NCBI GenBank assembly: GCA_041891055.1
Contig: CP169074.1
Span: forward strand, 608,001-672,000
DNA from: Halorutilales archaeon Cl-col2-1
GTDB lineage: Archaea > Halobacteriota > Halobacteria > Halobacteriales > Afararchaeaceae
Length of the DNA stretch: 64,000 bases
Direction of reading: 5' to 3'
Made by a program: the position numbers and the translations under genes. Under the pieces are notes generated by a model that ran no database searches, was not told the origin of the DNA, and saw only the letters and a program-made list of their open reading frames with translations. Numbering within the stretch: the first letter of the stretch is position 1; each line of letters opens with the position of its first letter. Positions 36,701-45,193 of the stretch are shown one piece after another.

Positions 36701-38688
36701 TCGATATAGAGACCCGGCACACCGACTTTTCTGTCACCCCGAACCACAAGATGCTCGTCGAGACTGAGTCGGGGACAGAGTTCGTCGAAGCAGGCGATCT
36801 CAACGACTACACCAACTACCAGATTCCGACAGGAGATCCCATCGACGGTGAGAAGCCCGAGAAGTTCAGCCTGCTGGAAGAAGGAAAAGCCGAGAATGTC
36901 TTTATCTACGCCGATGGACACGGAACATCCTTCAAGAAGAGTATAGGCGAGGCTTCCAAGAAGCTTGAGTACGAGTCGAACAGGAAGGCATACAGATGCT
37001 CCCTTGGTCACATACGTGAAAACCCCGTGGTCGCCGACGAAGCCGACGAAATCCTCTTGCAGAGGGGAGCGAGACAGTCAACAGTCCCTCACGAGTTTGA
37101 CATCGAGGACTGGCTACGTCTCGTAGGCTGGTACGTGACCGAAGGTTCTGTGTATGAAATCAAGCAAATCGAAGATTTGCGTACTCGTCGTGAATCTTTG
37201 ATTCACGAGATCCACCCAAAGGAGTACGAGACGACGAAGAGAGGGAGGTCGAAGAAGATACAGTTCGCACAGATAGACGGCGACGGCAGGGACTCGATAA
37301 GGTCGCTCCTCGAACGTATGGGTATGAACCCGCTGTCAGAGGAGAGACAGATCAGTGTCACGAACGCCGTAATCGCCGACTGGCTAGTCGAGAACTGTGG
37401 GAGTGGAAGCGAGAACAAACGTCTTCCCGACTTCGTCTTCAGCCTCGACTCGTCCCTCCTCGAAGTACTCTTCGACACTCTCATACAGGGTGACGGAGAC
37501 ACCCACTCGGGAATACGGTACTCGACGAAGAGCGACCGTCTCAAGGACGACATGGTACGTCTCGCCGTACATCTCGGCTACAAACCCATGGTTAGCCGTG
37601 ACTCGGGGGTCTGGAGAATACGTTTCTCACGTAACAAGGGGAGCTTCAGGATGCACAGAAACGGCTCGATATCCCGGAGCCAAGATGGCAAGGTCTACTG
37701 CGTTACAGTCGAGGACAACCACACCGTACTCGCAGGAAGAGACGGCAAGTTCCAGTGGGTCGGACAGTCGTACTACGGCGTAGCGGGTTACCCGCGTTTC
37801 CGTCTCTACGACAGGGAAATGGGAAGTGCAGTTACAGCGACGGGAAGACGTGTCATAGAACACACTCGTGACACCATACAGGAGATGGGTTACGACGTGA
37901 TATATGGAGATACTGATTCAACCCTCGTCGAGCTAGGCTCCGACAGAGAGTTCGACGAGATAATCGAGACTGGCGAGGTCATAGAGGAGAAAGTCAATGA
38001 GAGCTACGACGACCTCGCGCGCGACGAGTTCAACGCGAGTGCCGACACACACAGATGGGAGATAGAGTTCGAGAAGCTCTACCGACGTTTCTTCCAGGCG
38101 GGAAAGAAGAAGAGGTATGCTGGACATCTGACCTGGAACGAGGGGAAGGAGGTAGACGAGATCGACATCACCGGCTTCGAGTACAAGAGGAGCGACGTCG
38201 CCCAGGTCACGAAGGACGTCCAGGAGGAGGTCATACGCCGTATAGTCACCGGAGAAGAGTTCGACAGCGTCGCCGAGTACCTCAGGGATGTCATAGACGA
38301 GTTCAAGGAGGGCGACTTCTCGTACGACTACATAGGAATCCCGGGCGGCATAGGACAGAAGCTCGACGCCTACGACACCGACACGGCACAGGTCAAGGGA
38401 GCTAAGTACGCCAACGAGAACCTCGGCACCAACTTCACGAGCGGGAGCAAGCCGAAGAGGCTCTACATCAAACGTGTCAAGCCGAGCGACGACGGACAGC
38501 AGTACCCGCCGACAGACGTCGTCTGTTTCGAATACGAGGAACAGATACCTGACGAGTTCGTCGTCGACTGGGACAAGATGCTCCAGAAGACGCTCGAAGA
38601 GCCTATCTCGCGCATACTCGAAGCACTCGACTGGTCGTGGAGTGAGGTCGAGAGCGGACAGGAACAGACAGGACTCGGGGAGTTCTGA
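33733..38688 (+). CDS. polB: family B DNA polymerase with two inteins
   Basis: Exonuclease DIEV, GWN..FD; motifs DLA/SLYP, K...N/SYYG, YGDTDS, KKRY; C-terminal PIP-like QTGLGEF; likely start ATG 33733. Confidence 0.97.
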   Translation: MGDGNQSSIRDFGEEPENPGTETETEGTEIGVTNIDYTVESDADGEPYPVVNVFGRTRDREARHVRVLGFEPYFYVPEDQAEGIDEKEERVTRTEDGYESIEGDDLVRVYTRIPADVGEVRESYHHYEADILFPNRFRIDKGVKSGIRIPPEYDGDEVIEIDESEVEPCDVNAPARTGIIDIEVEDRHGFPENGEESIICLTAWDSFEDEYDVFVFDADAPDEVDGARVHSYETEEEMLDEFLSYVEEKDFDLFSGWNFNDFDAPYLIDRLDVLDLDSARLSRLNEVWHSDWGGPTVKGRTTFDLLYAYQRMKFTELESYRLDAIAEEELGESKVHYTGKIGDLWHDDTERLLEYNKIDVELCVRIDEKVDIIDFFRELSRFVGCSLEDSTTPSDVVDIYVLRKAHGEFVLPSKGGGSGEEYAGGEVFEPITGIRENVAVLDLACFTGDTEVVTPDGVVDIKRMSEGDEVYTLNPETFEVEVEEIIETHEYDNKYGEIHHVSGNTHDFKVTENHRFLVSNERGWDSQSPEDFDFMEYRDVPGSDRFAFPNHEAVEGETRDVFELWRDAEEGYVALYSDRDLRSVRHDLPDEVCDSVELIHGSSGRLKLEKTGKYLVPLETYRKHREAVETAADEVVLKRGRQHRGVPTEFDFDDWLRLIGWYVTEGSARRKDDEGVHRVTLHQKGDERDEIRDLLDRMSLNYSVDSRGFNLSNRTLHDWLTQNCGSGSENKRLPDFVFDLDSSHLNILLETLVKGDGTPSERTGNVDKFWTASDRLKDDVVRLGVRCGHKPTVKKQTDGTWYVSFGKRGSFNKSVNASVEEHDGKVYCVTAENNHVVLAGREGKFQWVGQSLYPMSMVSINASPETKAGDEYDGDTYEAPNGVEFRKDIEGLTKTIVTELLEERQKKKDARDEHEYGSPEYNKFDNQQSAIKVVMNCFSGDTDVVTEDGVRNIKDIETGEYVYSVDPETKQVEFKEVVETYEYDYSGEMVDIETRHTDFSVTPNHKMLVETESGTEFVEAGDLNDYTNYQIPTGDPIDGEKPEKFSLLEEGKAENVFIYADGHGTSFKKSIGEASKKLEYESNRKAYRCSLGHIRENPVVADEADEILLQRGARQSTVPHEFDIEDWLRLVGWYVTEGSVYEIKQIEDLRTRRESLIHEIHPKEYETTKRGRSKKIQFAQIDGDGRDSIRSLLERMGMNPLSEERQISVTNAVIADWLVENCGSGSENKRLPDFVFSLDSSLLEVLFDTLIQGDGDTHSGIRYSTKSDRLKDDMVRLAVHLGYKPMVSRDSGVWRIRFSRNKGSFRMHRNGSISRSQDGKVYCVTVEDNHTVLAGRDGKFQWVGQSYYGVAGYPRFRLYDREMGSAVTATGRRVIEHTRDTIQEMGYDVIYGDTDSTLVELGSDREFDEIIETGEVIEEKVNESYDDLARDEFNASADTHRWEIEFEKLYRRFFQAGKKKRYAGHLTWNEGKEVDEIDITGFEYKRSDVAQVTKDVQEEVIRRIVTGEEFDSVAEYLRDVIDEFKEGDFSYDYIGIPGGIGQKLDAYDTDTAQVKGAKYANENLGTNFTSGSKPKRLYIKRVKPSDDGQQYPPTDVVCFEYEEQIPDEFVVDWDKMLQKTLEEPISRILEALDWSWSEVESGQEQTGLGEF
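35065..36282 (+). mobile_element. intein 1 (pol-a site), 406 aa, LAGLIDADG-type endonuclease
   Basis: DLA|CFTGDT...TENHRF...IGWYVTEGS...LVKGDG...WVGQ|SLYP. Confidence 0.93.
36541..37767 (+). mobile_element. intein 2 (pol-b site), 409 aa, LAGLIDADG-type endonuclease
   Basis: VMN|CFSGDT...TPNHKM...VGWYVTEGS...LIQGDG...WVGQ|SYYG. Confidence 0.93.
37162..37212. repeat. in-frame ~51-bp double-hairpin (REP-like) insertion in intein 2
   Basis: GCAAATC-GAA-GATTTGC (37164-37180) and TCGTGAATC-TTT-GATTCACGA (37188-37208). Confidence 0.75.
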
Positions 38689-39669
38689 ATGAGTGAGATC
38701 ACTTTCGTCTCGGGCGGAACAGGCACTCCGAAGCTCTTAGACGGAGCACTCGCGAGTCACAGGATAGACGAGTCGGAGATAAACGTCGTCGTCAACACGG
38801 GAGATGACATAGAGATAGCCGGAAACCTCGTCTGTCCCGACGTCGACACTGTTCTGTATACTCTCGCCGACGTAATAGACAGGGACAGATGGTGGGGCAC
38901 CGTTGACGACACCTACGAGACACACGAACGTCTCACCGACCTCGCCGACGCCGAGGGGAAGACCGAGAGGGTCGAGGCGAACAGGAGTATATCTGAGGGG
39001 AGAGCTTTCTCGGGAGCCGGCGAGTTCATGCTGATAGGCGACAGAGACAGGGCGACACATATCCACCGCACGTCGCTGATAGACGAGGGTAAGACACTCA
39101 CGGAAGCCACCTCTGACTTAGCGTCGTCGATGGGTATCGAAGCCGACGTACTCCCGATGAGCGACGATCCAGTATCGACCTACATAGAGACCCCCGAAGG
39201 CGAGGTTCATTTCCAGGTCTTCTGGATAGCAGAAAACGGCGATCCCGCGGTCGAGAACGTCGAGTTCCGCGGAGTAGACGGTTCCGAGCCGACCGCCGAG
39301 ACCCTCGAAGCACTCGAAAGTCCCGTAGTCATAGGTCCGTCGAATCCCGTGACGAGCCTCGGACCCATACTCTCACTCGACGGTGTTATCGAGGCTTTAC
39401 GTGAGACGAGAGTCGTCTCAGTCTCACCCTTCGTCGGCGGAGATGTCGTGAGCGGTCCCGCGCCTAAGCTTATGCGTGCCGAGGGTCTCGAAGCCAGCAC
39501 GCGAGGCGTCTACGAGGCTTACTCCGAGTTCGTCGACGTGGTCGTCGTCGACGAGACGGAGTCTAGCCTCGACCTCGGCTGTGAGACAGTATCCGCTAAC
39601 ACGGTCATGGAGTCTCGTGAGGACTCGAAGAGACTCTTCGAGACGGTAGCCGAAGCCGTCCAACTCTAA
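38689..39669 (+). CDS. cofD: 2-phospho-L-lactate transferase (F420 biosynthesis)
   Basis: SGGTGTPKL, NTGDD, CPDVDT, GDRDRATH, GPSNPVTS. Confidence 0.95.
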   Translation: MSEITFVSGGTGTPKLLDGALASHRIDESEINVVVNTGDDIEIAGNLVCPDVDTVLYTLADVIDRDRWWGTVDDTYETHERLTDLADAEGKTERVEANRSISEGRAFSGAGEFMLIGDRDRATHIHRTSLIDEGKTLTEATSDLASSMGIEADVLPMSDDPVSTYIETPEGEVHFQVFWIAENGDPAVENVEFRGVDGSEPTAETLEALESPVVIGPSNPVTSLGPILSLDGVIEALRETRVVSVSPFVGGDVVSGPAPKLMRAEGLEASTRGVYEAYSEFVDVVVVDETESSLDLGCETVSANTVMESREDSKRLFETVAEAVQL

Positions 39670-39743
39670 TTTTCGAGAATCGTACTAAGATTTTTCGTCT
39701 AACGAACCAAATTAAACATATGTTTCTGGAATGACCTTCTTAC

Positions 39744-40907
39744 ATGGAGAACGACGACAGTATAACGAATATAACGAGAAGAAGACTTCTGGCTGTGACA
39801 GGAGCGGGTCTCAGTGTAGGAGTCGCAGGCTGTACGGGTGGCGGAAACGGCGGTGAAGGTGGTGACACCAATGCCAACGCCAACGAATCAGGTGGAGATA
39901 CTGGAGAAGGCGGAGAAACAAACGAGACCGACGGAGACTCAGAGAGTGGTGAAGCCCAAGAGACCTCTCTATCTGAGCCCGTTTCTCCCGTTCCAGACGA
40001 CAAGCGGTGTGCCGTCTGTAACATGAAAGCCGCCGAGTACCCCGACTCGAACGCACAGCTCTCGCTCTCCGACGGAGGTCGGGTCTACTTCTGCTCGTCG
40101 AGCTGTTTCACGGCGTACTACGCCTACCCTGACTCGTCGAAGTTCAGCGCTCCCGCGGAGTTCAGCCACGGCGACTGGGAGGACAAGGTCGCACATGCGT
40201 GGGTACACGACTACGGAACCAAGGAGTACATCGACGCTACGGAGGCGAGCTATGTACTCGAACACAACGCTGACAGGATAGAGATGGTCATGGGTGACAA
40301 TCCTCTTCCATACGGAGCCGAGGAAGACGCAGTCGCCTACACCGAGGAGTACGATGACCTCTCGAAACACGACGTTGTTTCCCTCATGGCTTTCGACAGG
40401 TCGCTCGCTGAGAGATACAGCCCTAACTTCATAGCCGAGTCGGAAGTCGAGGCGACTCCGATAACTGAGTCAGTCGATGTCCCCGACGACGCCGAATGTA
40501 CAGTCTGTGGAATGAAGGCGGCGAAGTTCCCCGACTGGAACGCTCAGGCTTCACACGAGAACGGAGACAGGGACTTCTTCTGTTCGCCGGGATGTATGAC
40601 GACCTACTACGCGACGCCTGAGACATTCAACGACGGTAAGACACAGGACGACATAGTCGGAGTCTGGGCACACGACTTCGAGACGAAGGATCTCATAGAT
40701 GCAAGGCTCGCCGACTACGTCCTCGTGACTAACGCCGACAGGGTTGACGATCCGATGATGAAGAACCCGCTTCCGTTCTCTAATCCCGACGACGCGACGG
40801 CGTACATCGACGAGTACGACGACTTATCCGAGGACGACATAATACCGCTGACTTCGTTCGACATGTCCCTCGCAGAGACATACAGAAAGAAGTTCGTGAC
40901 GGGTTAG
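39744..40907 (+). CDS. Tat lipoprotein with two tandem NosL-like (copper-chaperone) domains
   Basis: TRRRLL + VAGC; two copies of CxxCxM...FCSxxC...(V/M)MGxN/MMKNP. Confidence 0.85.
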   Translation: MENDDSITNITRRRLLAVTGAGLSVGVAGCTGGGNGGEGGDTNANANESGGDTGEGGETNETDGDSESGEAQETSLSEPVSPVPDDKRCAVCNMKAAEYPDSNAQLSLSDGGRVYFCSSSCFTAYYAYPDSSKFSAPAEFSHGDWEDKVAHAWVHDYGTKEYIDATEASYVLEHNADRIEMVMGDNPLPYGAEEDAVAYTEEYDDLSKHDVVSLMAFDRSLAERYSPNFIAESEVEATPITESVDVPDDAECTVCGMKAAKFPDWNAQASHENGDRDFFCSPGCMTTYYATPETFNDGKTQDDIVGVWAHDFETKDLIDARLADYVLVTNADRVDDPMMKNPLPFSNPDDATAYIDEYDDLSEDDIIPLTSFDMSLAETYRKKFVTG

Positions 40908-40930
40908 GATAGGAAAAGCCTCAAGCCTCC

Positions 40931-41722
40931 GTGTCTCGAATCTCGGACATGGGCACAGGCATGAAGAGGCTCTCCGCCCGTGTTCCGGGGTCGGAGTATC
41001 TACTTCTATCACGGACGTGGGGGTACTCGTTGATCTTCGTCCTTCCACTCATACTCTCATATCAGACGTTGATAATGGTAACATCCGCGTCGGGCGGAAT
41101 ACGTCCCGTGAACGGAGCTGAGGCAGTTCTCGCGTCAATCCTGGGTTTCATAGGAGTTGAGTCTTATGCCGGCTTCTTCTACGTGGTTATAGGCGTCGCA
41201 GTCGTGGGAACCGTCTACGACGTCTTCTACAACGACAGACGAGTGAAGCCGTCTTACTTCGGTGGAATGTTGCTTGAGAGTCTTGTCTACGCTACCTTCT
41301 TCGGATACGCCGTCTCAGTCGTCACGGGAGCCGTGCTTCCGCCCGAGCTAGTCCCCTCCGACGTCTCTGCGGCGATCTCAGGTATAGAGTCGGCTTCGGC
41401 GCTCGACAAGATTCTGATGAGCGTTGGCGCGGGTATATACGAGGAGATAGTCTTCCGGGTGATACTCATCTCGGGAGTCGGACGTCTCGTAGGTCTCGGA
41501 GACAGCCCCGGCTTCGGGGGGTACATCCTCCTAATAGGGATTTCGAGCATAGTCTTCTCGGCGGCACACGTCACGGGAGACCCGTCGGCTCTCTCGCCGT
41601 ACGTCTTTACCTTCCGTGCAGTCGGGGGTGCTGTCTTTGCTCTCGTCTACCTCGTCAGAGGATTCGGCGTAGTGGTCTACACCCACGCATTCTACGACAT
41701 ACTCGTCTTCTTCGTAGGCTGA
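40931..41722 (+). CDS. CPBP/Abi family intramembrane metalloprotease
   Basis: EEIVFR, FSAAH, HAFYD; start may be ATG 40961. Confidence 0.85.
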   Translation: MSRISDMGTGMKRLSARVPGSEYLLLSRTWGYSLIFVLPLILSYQTLIMVTSASGGIRPVNGAEAVLASILGFIGVESYAGFFYVVIGVAVVGTVYDVFYNDRRVKPSYFGGMLLESLVYATFFGYAVSVVTGAVLPPELVPSDVSAAISGIESASALDKILMSVGAGIYEEIVFRVILISGVGRLVGLGDSPGFGGYILLIGISSIVFSAAHVTGDPSALSPYVFTFRAVGGAVFALVYLVRGFGVVVYTHAFYDILVFFVG

Positions 41723-41761
41723 ACCGGGAGGCTTACGGGTCACGCGACCGTCTATCGTCTA

Positions 41762-42532
41762 ATGGCGACAAACTCGTGGGACGCTGATCTTTACGACGGC
41801 GGCCATCTCTTTGTAGCCGAGTACGGAGAGGATCTAATGGATCTACTCTCGGTCTCCGAAGGAGAACGCGTACTTGACCTCGGCTGTGGAACCGGTCATC
41901 TCACGAAACAGATACAGACAGAGGCTAAGAACGTCGAGGTTACGGGTCTCGACTCGTCGGAGGAGATGCTCGAAAAGGCGCGCGAAACGTATCCCGGGAT
42001 CGACTTCATCCACGCCGACGCGAGGGACTTCGACACGTCTGGATACGACGCAGTCTTCTCGAACGCCGCTCTTCACTGGATAGACGAGAAAGAACACGAC
42101 GACGTATTAGAGGGGGTCGCCGACTCACTAGTCGACGACGGACGTTTCGTCGCGGAGATGGGAGCGAGGGGGAATGCCGACAGAATCGTAACAGCACTCG
42201 TCAAGCGTCTCTCCGAGAGGGGTTACGACGTGACTAGCCCGTGGTACTTTCCCAGCCTAGGAGAGTACGCGAATCTCCTGGAGAGACACGGCTTTGAGGT
42301 GGGTAAGGCGGTCACCTTCGATCGCCCGACTGCACTCGACGGAGGCGAGGACGGTCTCAGAAACTGGATAGAGATGTTCGGCGACTCGTTCTTCTCAGAC
42401 GTTCCCGACGACGAGAGGAGACGCATCGTCTCGGAGGTTGAGAGTCTTCTCAGAGACGACCTCTTCCACGAGGGCACGGAGTCGTGGATCGCCGACTACC
42501 GCCGTCTCAGGTTCGTGGCGTATAGAAGGTAG
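41762..42532 (+). CDS. class I SAM-dependent methyltransferase (trans-aconitate MT-like)
   Basis: VLDLGCGTG, FSNAALHW, ADYRRLRF. Confidence 0.9.
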   Translation: MATNSWDADLYDGGHLFVAEYGEDLMDLLSVSEGERVLDLGCGTGHLTKQIQTEAKNVEVTGLDSSEEMLEKARETYPGIDFIHADARDFDTSGYDAVFSNAALHWIDEKEHDDVLEGVADSLVDDGRFVAEMGARGNADRIVTALVKRLSERGYDVTSPWYFPSLGEYANLLERHGFEVGKAVTFDRPTALDGGEDGLRNWIEMFGDSFFSDVPDDERRRIVSEVESLLRDDLFHEGTESWIADYRRLRFVAYRR

Positions 42533-42586
42533 ATAGACGAGCAAGGACAGACTTAATAAGCGAGCCCCGCAGTTTTAGCCAAGAGA

Positions 42587-43324
42587 ATGTTCAAGTCCGT
42601 TATAAACGCTGGAGTCATAAGCTCGGCGATAGACACCGTCGACGTACTCGTTGACGAGTGCAAGGTGAGGCTTGAGGAAGACGGGATCACTATAAAGGCA
42701 GTCGACCCCGCGAACGTCGGAATGGTCGATCTCTCGATCCCCGAGGACTCATTCGAGTCGTACGAGGGCGACGGTCAGGTCATAGGTCTCAACGTGACGC
42801 GTTTCAAGGACATAATCGGGATGGCGAACAAGGGCGACTCGGTCGAGCTCGAACTTGACGACGAGACCCACAAGCTCAAGATACGTATAAACGGTCTGCG
42901 TTACACACTCTCTCTCATAGACGCAGACGCCGTCAGACAGGAGCCTAACGTCCCCGACCTCGACCTGTCGTGTGAGGTAAAGATAGCAGGAAACGAGATC
43001 AAGAGGGGCGTCAAGGCGGCGGGAATGGTGAGCGACCACATGGAGTTCGGGGTCGAGGGCGGCGACTTCTTCATGCACGCAGAGGGGGACACCGATGACG
43101 TACGTGTCGATCTCCCGGAGGACGAGATAATAGGGATCGAGGGCGAGGAGGCACGTTCGCTTTTCTCTCTCGATTACCTCGACGACATGTCGAAGGCTAT
43201 ACCCAACGACGCCGAGGTCAGGATGGAGATTGGGGTCGACTACCCCGTCAAGATGCATTTCGACATAGCAGACGGCGAGGGTCACGTCACATACCTCCTC
43301 GCACCACGTATAGAGAACGAGTAA
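42587..43324 (+). CDS. pcn: DNA polymerase sliding clamp PCNA
   Basis: AVDPANVGMV, SLFSLDYL, YLLAPRIE. Confidence 0.97.
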   Translation: MFKSVINAGVISSAIDTVDVLVDECKVRLEEDGITIKAVDPANVGMVDLSIPEDSFESYEGDGQVIGLNVTRFKDIIGMANKGDSVELELDDETHKLKIRINGLRYTLSLIDADAVRQEPNVPDLDLSCEVKIAGNEIKRGVKAAGMVSDHMEFGVEGGDFFMHAEGDTDDVRVDLPEDEIIGIEGEEARSLFSLDYLDDMSKAIPNDAEVRMEIGVDYPVKMHFDIADGEGHVTYLLAPRIENE

Positions 43325-43342
43325 GCGCCGAGTAGAGTAGTC

Positions 43343-44449
43343 ATGTCCGTATCAGTACCGATACTCTACGCGCGTTACCCGTTTCTTGAGGGTGCTTCGG
43401 ACACCGTAGAAGAAAGAGTCGACTCGTTCGCCGACCTCGTCTCCGATCCTGTTCTCGAAAGAGCGGAAGAACGCGTTACGCTCGCAGTCGAGGAGAAGAC
43501 AGTCGGCGACATAACCAAGCCCGCGACGACGGAACTTTTCTCGTACCCCGTCGCGCGCGCCGTCGTGAGCGTAGTCGACGACGAGATGTTAACTAGGAGG
43601 TACGCGTGGGCGGAGGCTTCTACGGCTTACGACAGGATAAAGGACGACCTGAGGTCGTCAGAGTCTTTCGGAAGCGTCGAGTCGGCGCGTCTGAGCCTCG
43701 GAGACCTGATAGACGAGTTCGGTCTGGAAGTGGGGGAGATCGACGGCGGATACGAGATACGTCTCGACGACTACCTCGAACTCGCCTCGGGTCTCTCCGA
43801 CAAGAGATGGAAGCTCGTCAACAGGACGGTCGACGACGGCTGGGTAAGGATAGACACGAACGGGATTCTGATACTCGTGAGGGAGGCGATCAGACGTCGG
43901 GTAGAGGACGAACTGCCTCTGAGTATACCGAGAGACGTCGAGGCTCTCGTCTCGGATGCCGTCGAGTCGGTGAGAGAAATCCTCTCAGAAGCCTCCTTCT
44001 CGCGCGAAATAGACGAGGTCGACGAGGACGAGTTCCCGCCGTGTATGAAGACTCTCTTAGCCGAGGTGCGTGAGGGCGAGCATCTCGAACACCACTCGCG
44101 GTTCGCTATAACTACTTTCCTCACCAACATCGGGATGTCGGTCGACGAGATAATAGAGACCTACGAGGTCAATCCCGGATTCGGCGAGGAGATGACGCGG
44201 TACCAGGCTAGCCACATACAGGGTGAGACGAGTCCGACTGAGTACACTACGCCGTCTTGCGCGACAATGGTGACATACGGCGACTGCCGGAACAAGGACG
44301 ACCTATGTGACAAGATTAGCCATCCGCTGGAGTACTACAGGAGACGTCTCGACGCGAAGGAAGAAGAGGACGTGGGAGACGAAGACAACGACTCGAAAGA
44401 TACCTCCACCGGTAAGACGAACGGTGAGTCAGAGGATGACGAAGACTGA
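43343..44449 (+). CDS. priL: DNA primase large subunit
   Basis: ARYPF, FPPCM, HHSRF, YQASHI, PSCATM..C...C Fe-S ligands. Confidence 0.95.
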   Translation: MSVSVPILYARYPFLEGASDTVEERVDSFADLVSDPVLERAEERVTLAVEEKTVGDITKPATTELFSYPVARAVVSVVDDEMLTRRYAWAEASTAYDRIKDDLRSSESFGSVESARLSLGDLIDEFGLEVGEIDGGYEIRLDDYLELASGLSDKRWKLVNRTVDDGWVRIDTNGILILVREAIRRRVEDELPLSIPRDVEALVSDAVESVREILSEASFSREIDEVDEDEFPPCMKTLLAEVREGEHLEHHSRFAITTFLTNIGMSVDEIIETYEVNPGFGEEMTRYQASHIQGETSPTEYTTPSCATMVTYGDCRNKDDLCDKISHPLEYYRRRLDAKEEEDVGDEDNDSKDTSTGKTNGESEDDED

Positions 44450-44460
44450 GACAGCTACGG

Positions 44461-44646
44461 CTATGAGTAGCTCCTCTTAGATATTCCTATTCCCGTGAGG
44501 GTCGAGAGTGCCACGAAGACGAGTAGTGAGGCTAAGAGTCCCCACGACTTCATACCGGGTTCGAGTGACTCAGACACTACGAGTAACGCTACGAAGACTA
44601 TCGTCACGATAAGAGTCGTAGCTACGCTGAACTTGAGATCCGTCAT
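44461..44646 (-). CDS. small 2-TM membrane protein
   Basis: MTDLKFSVATTLIV...; two hydrophobic helices; likely start ATG 44646. Confidence 0.6.
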   Translation of the reverse strand: MTDLKFSVATTLIVTIVFVALLVVSESLEPGMKSWGLLASLLVFVALSTLTGIGISKRSYS

Positions 44647-44713
44647 CGTGTCATTTGAGTTTCGAGTTTCCGAACATAAGAATACCGTTCTGGCTTCGTT
44701 GCCATACTCCACA

Positions 44714-44731
44714 CAACCTATATATAGGTTG
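44714..44731. promoter_or_regulatory. perfect 18-bp palindrome containing a bidirectional TATA
   Basis: CAACCTATATATAGGTTG between two divergent starts (44646 and 44756). Confidence 0.6.
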
Positions 44732-44755
44732 AGAACTCAGGTTGTGACGAGACAG

Positions 44756-45178
44756 ATGAACTGTCCGGGATGTGGAGAGGAAATCTATGAGGAGGAACTC
44801 ATAGACGGCGACTGTCCTCTCTGCGGCGAGACCGTCAGACACGATCAGACCGGGAGAGAACTACCGACCGAAACCGAAGCGGAGGCGGAGCCCAAGACCG
44901 AGGAGGCTCTTGAGAGAATAGTCGGTATCTTCGAAGGCGGAACCGACTCGTTACTAGACCCGATCGAGGACACCGAGAGTAAGAGACGTTACGTCCTCGA
45001 AGTTCCGCCCTCAATCCTCGACAGGCTCAGACCCAAGAGATGTGACGCGTGCGAGAGATGGCATCTCAAGATAGGCAGGAAGGAGTACGACGTGCTTTTA
45101 GAGGGTAACACTGGAGAGGTCGACATAAACTACTACTGCGTCCTGTGTGATCCATCCGAACCCGGGTCGGACGACTGA
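44756..45178 (+). CDS. 140-aa protein with four CxxC pairs (two putative Zn sites)
   Basis: MNCPGC...CPLCG...CDAC...CVLC; ATG 44756 is 25 bp after the TATA palindrome. Confidence 0.75.
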   Translation: MNCPGCGEEIYEEELIDGDCPLCGETVRHDQTGRELPTETEAEAEPKTEEALERIVGIFEGGTDSLLDPIEDTESKRRYVLEVPPSILDRLRPKRCDACERWHLKIGRKEYDVLLEGNTGEVDINYYCVLCDPSEPGSDD

Positions 45179-45193
45179 GAAAGAAGAAAGAGA

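Noticed and set aside
37897-37925. Third PolB intein at the pol-c site
   Set aside because: YGDTDS is contiguous, so the site is empty.
28317-40907. NOS and the NosL-like protein as one nitrogen-oxide pathway
   Set aside because: The names are coincidental (NO synthase versus N2O-reductase accessory); they are 10 kb apart with unrelated genes between.
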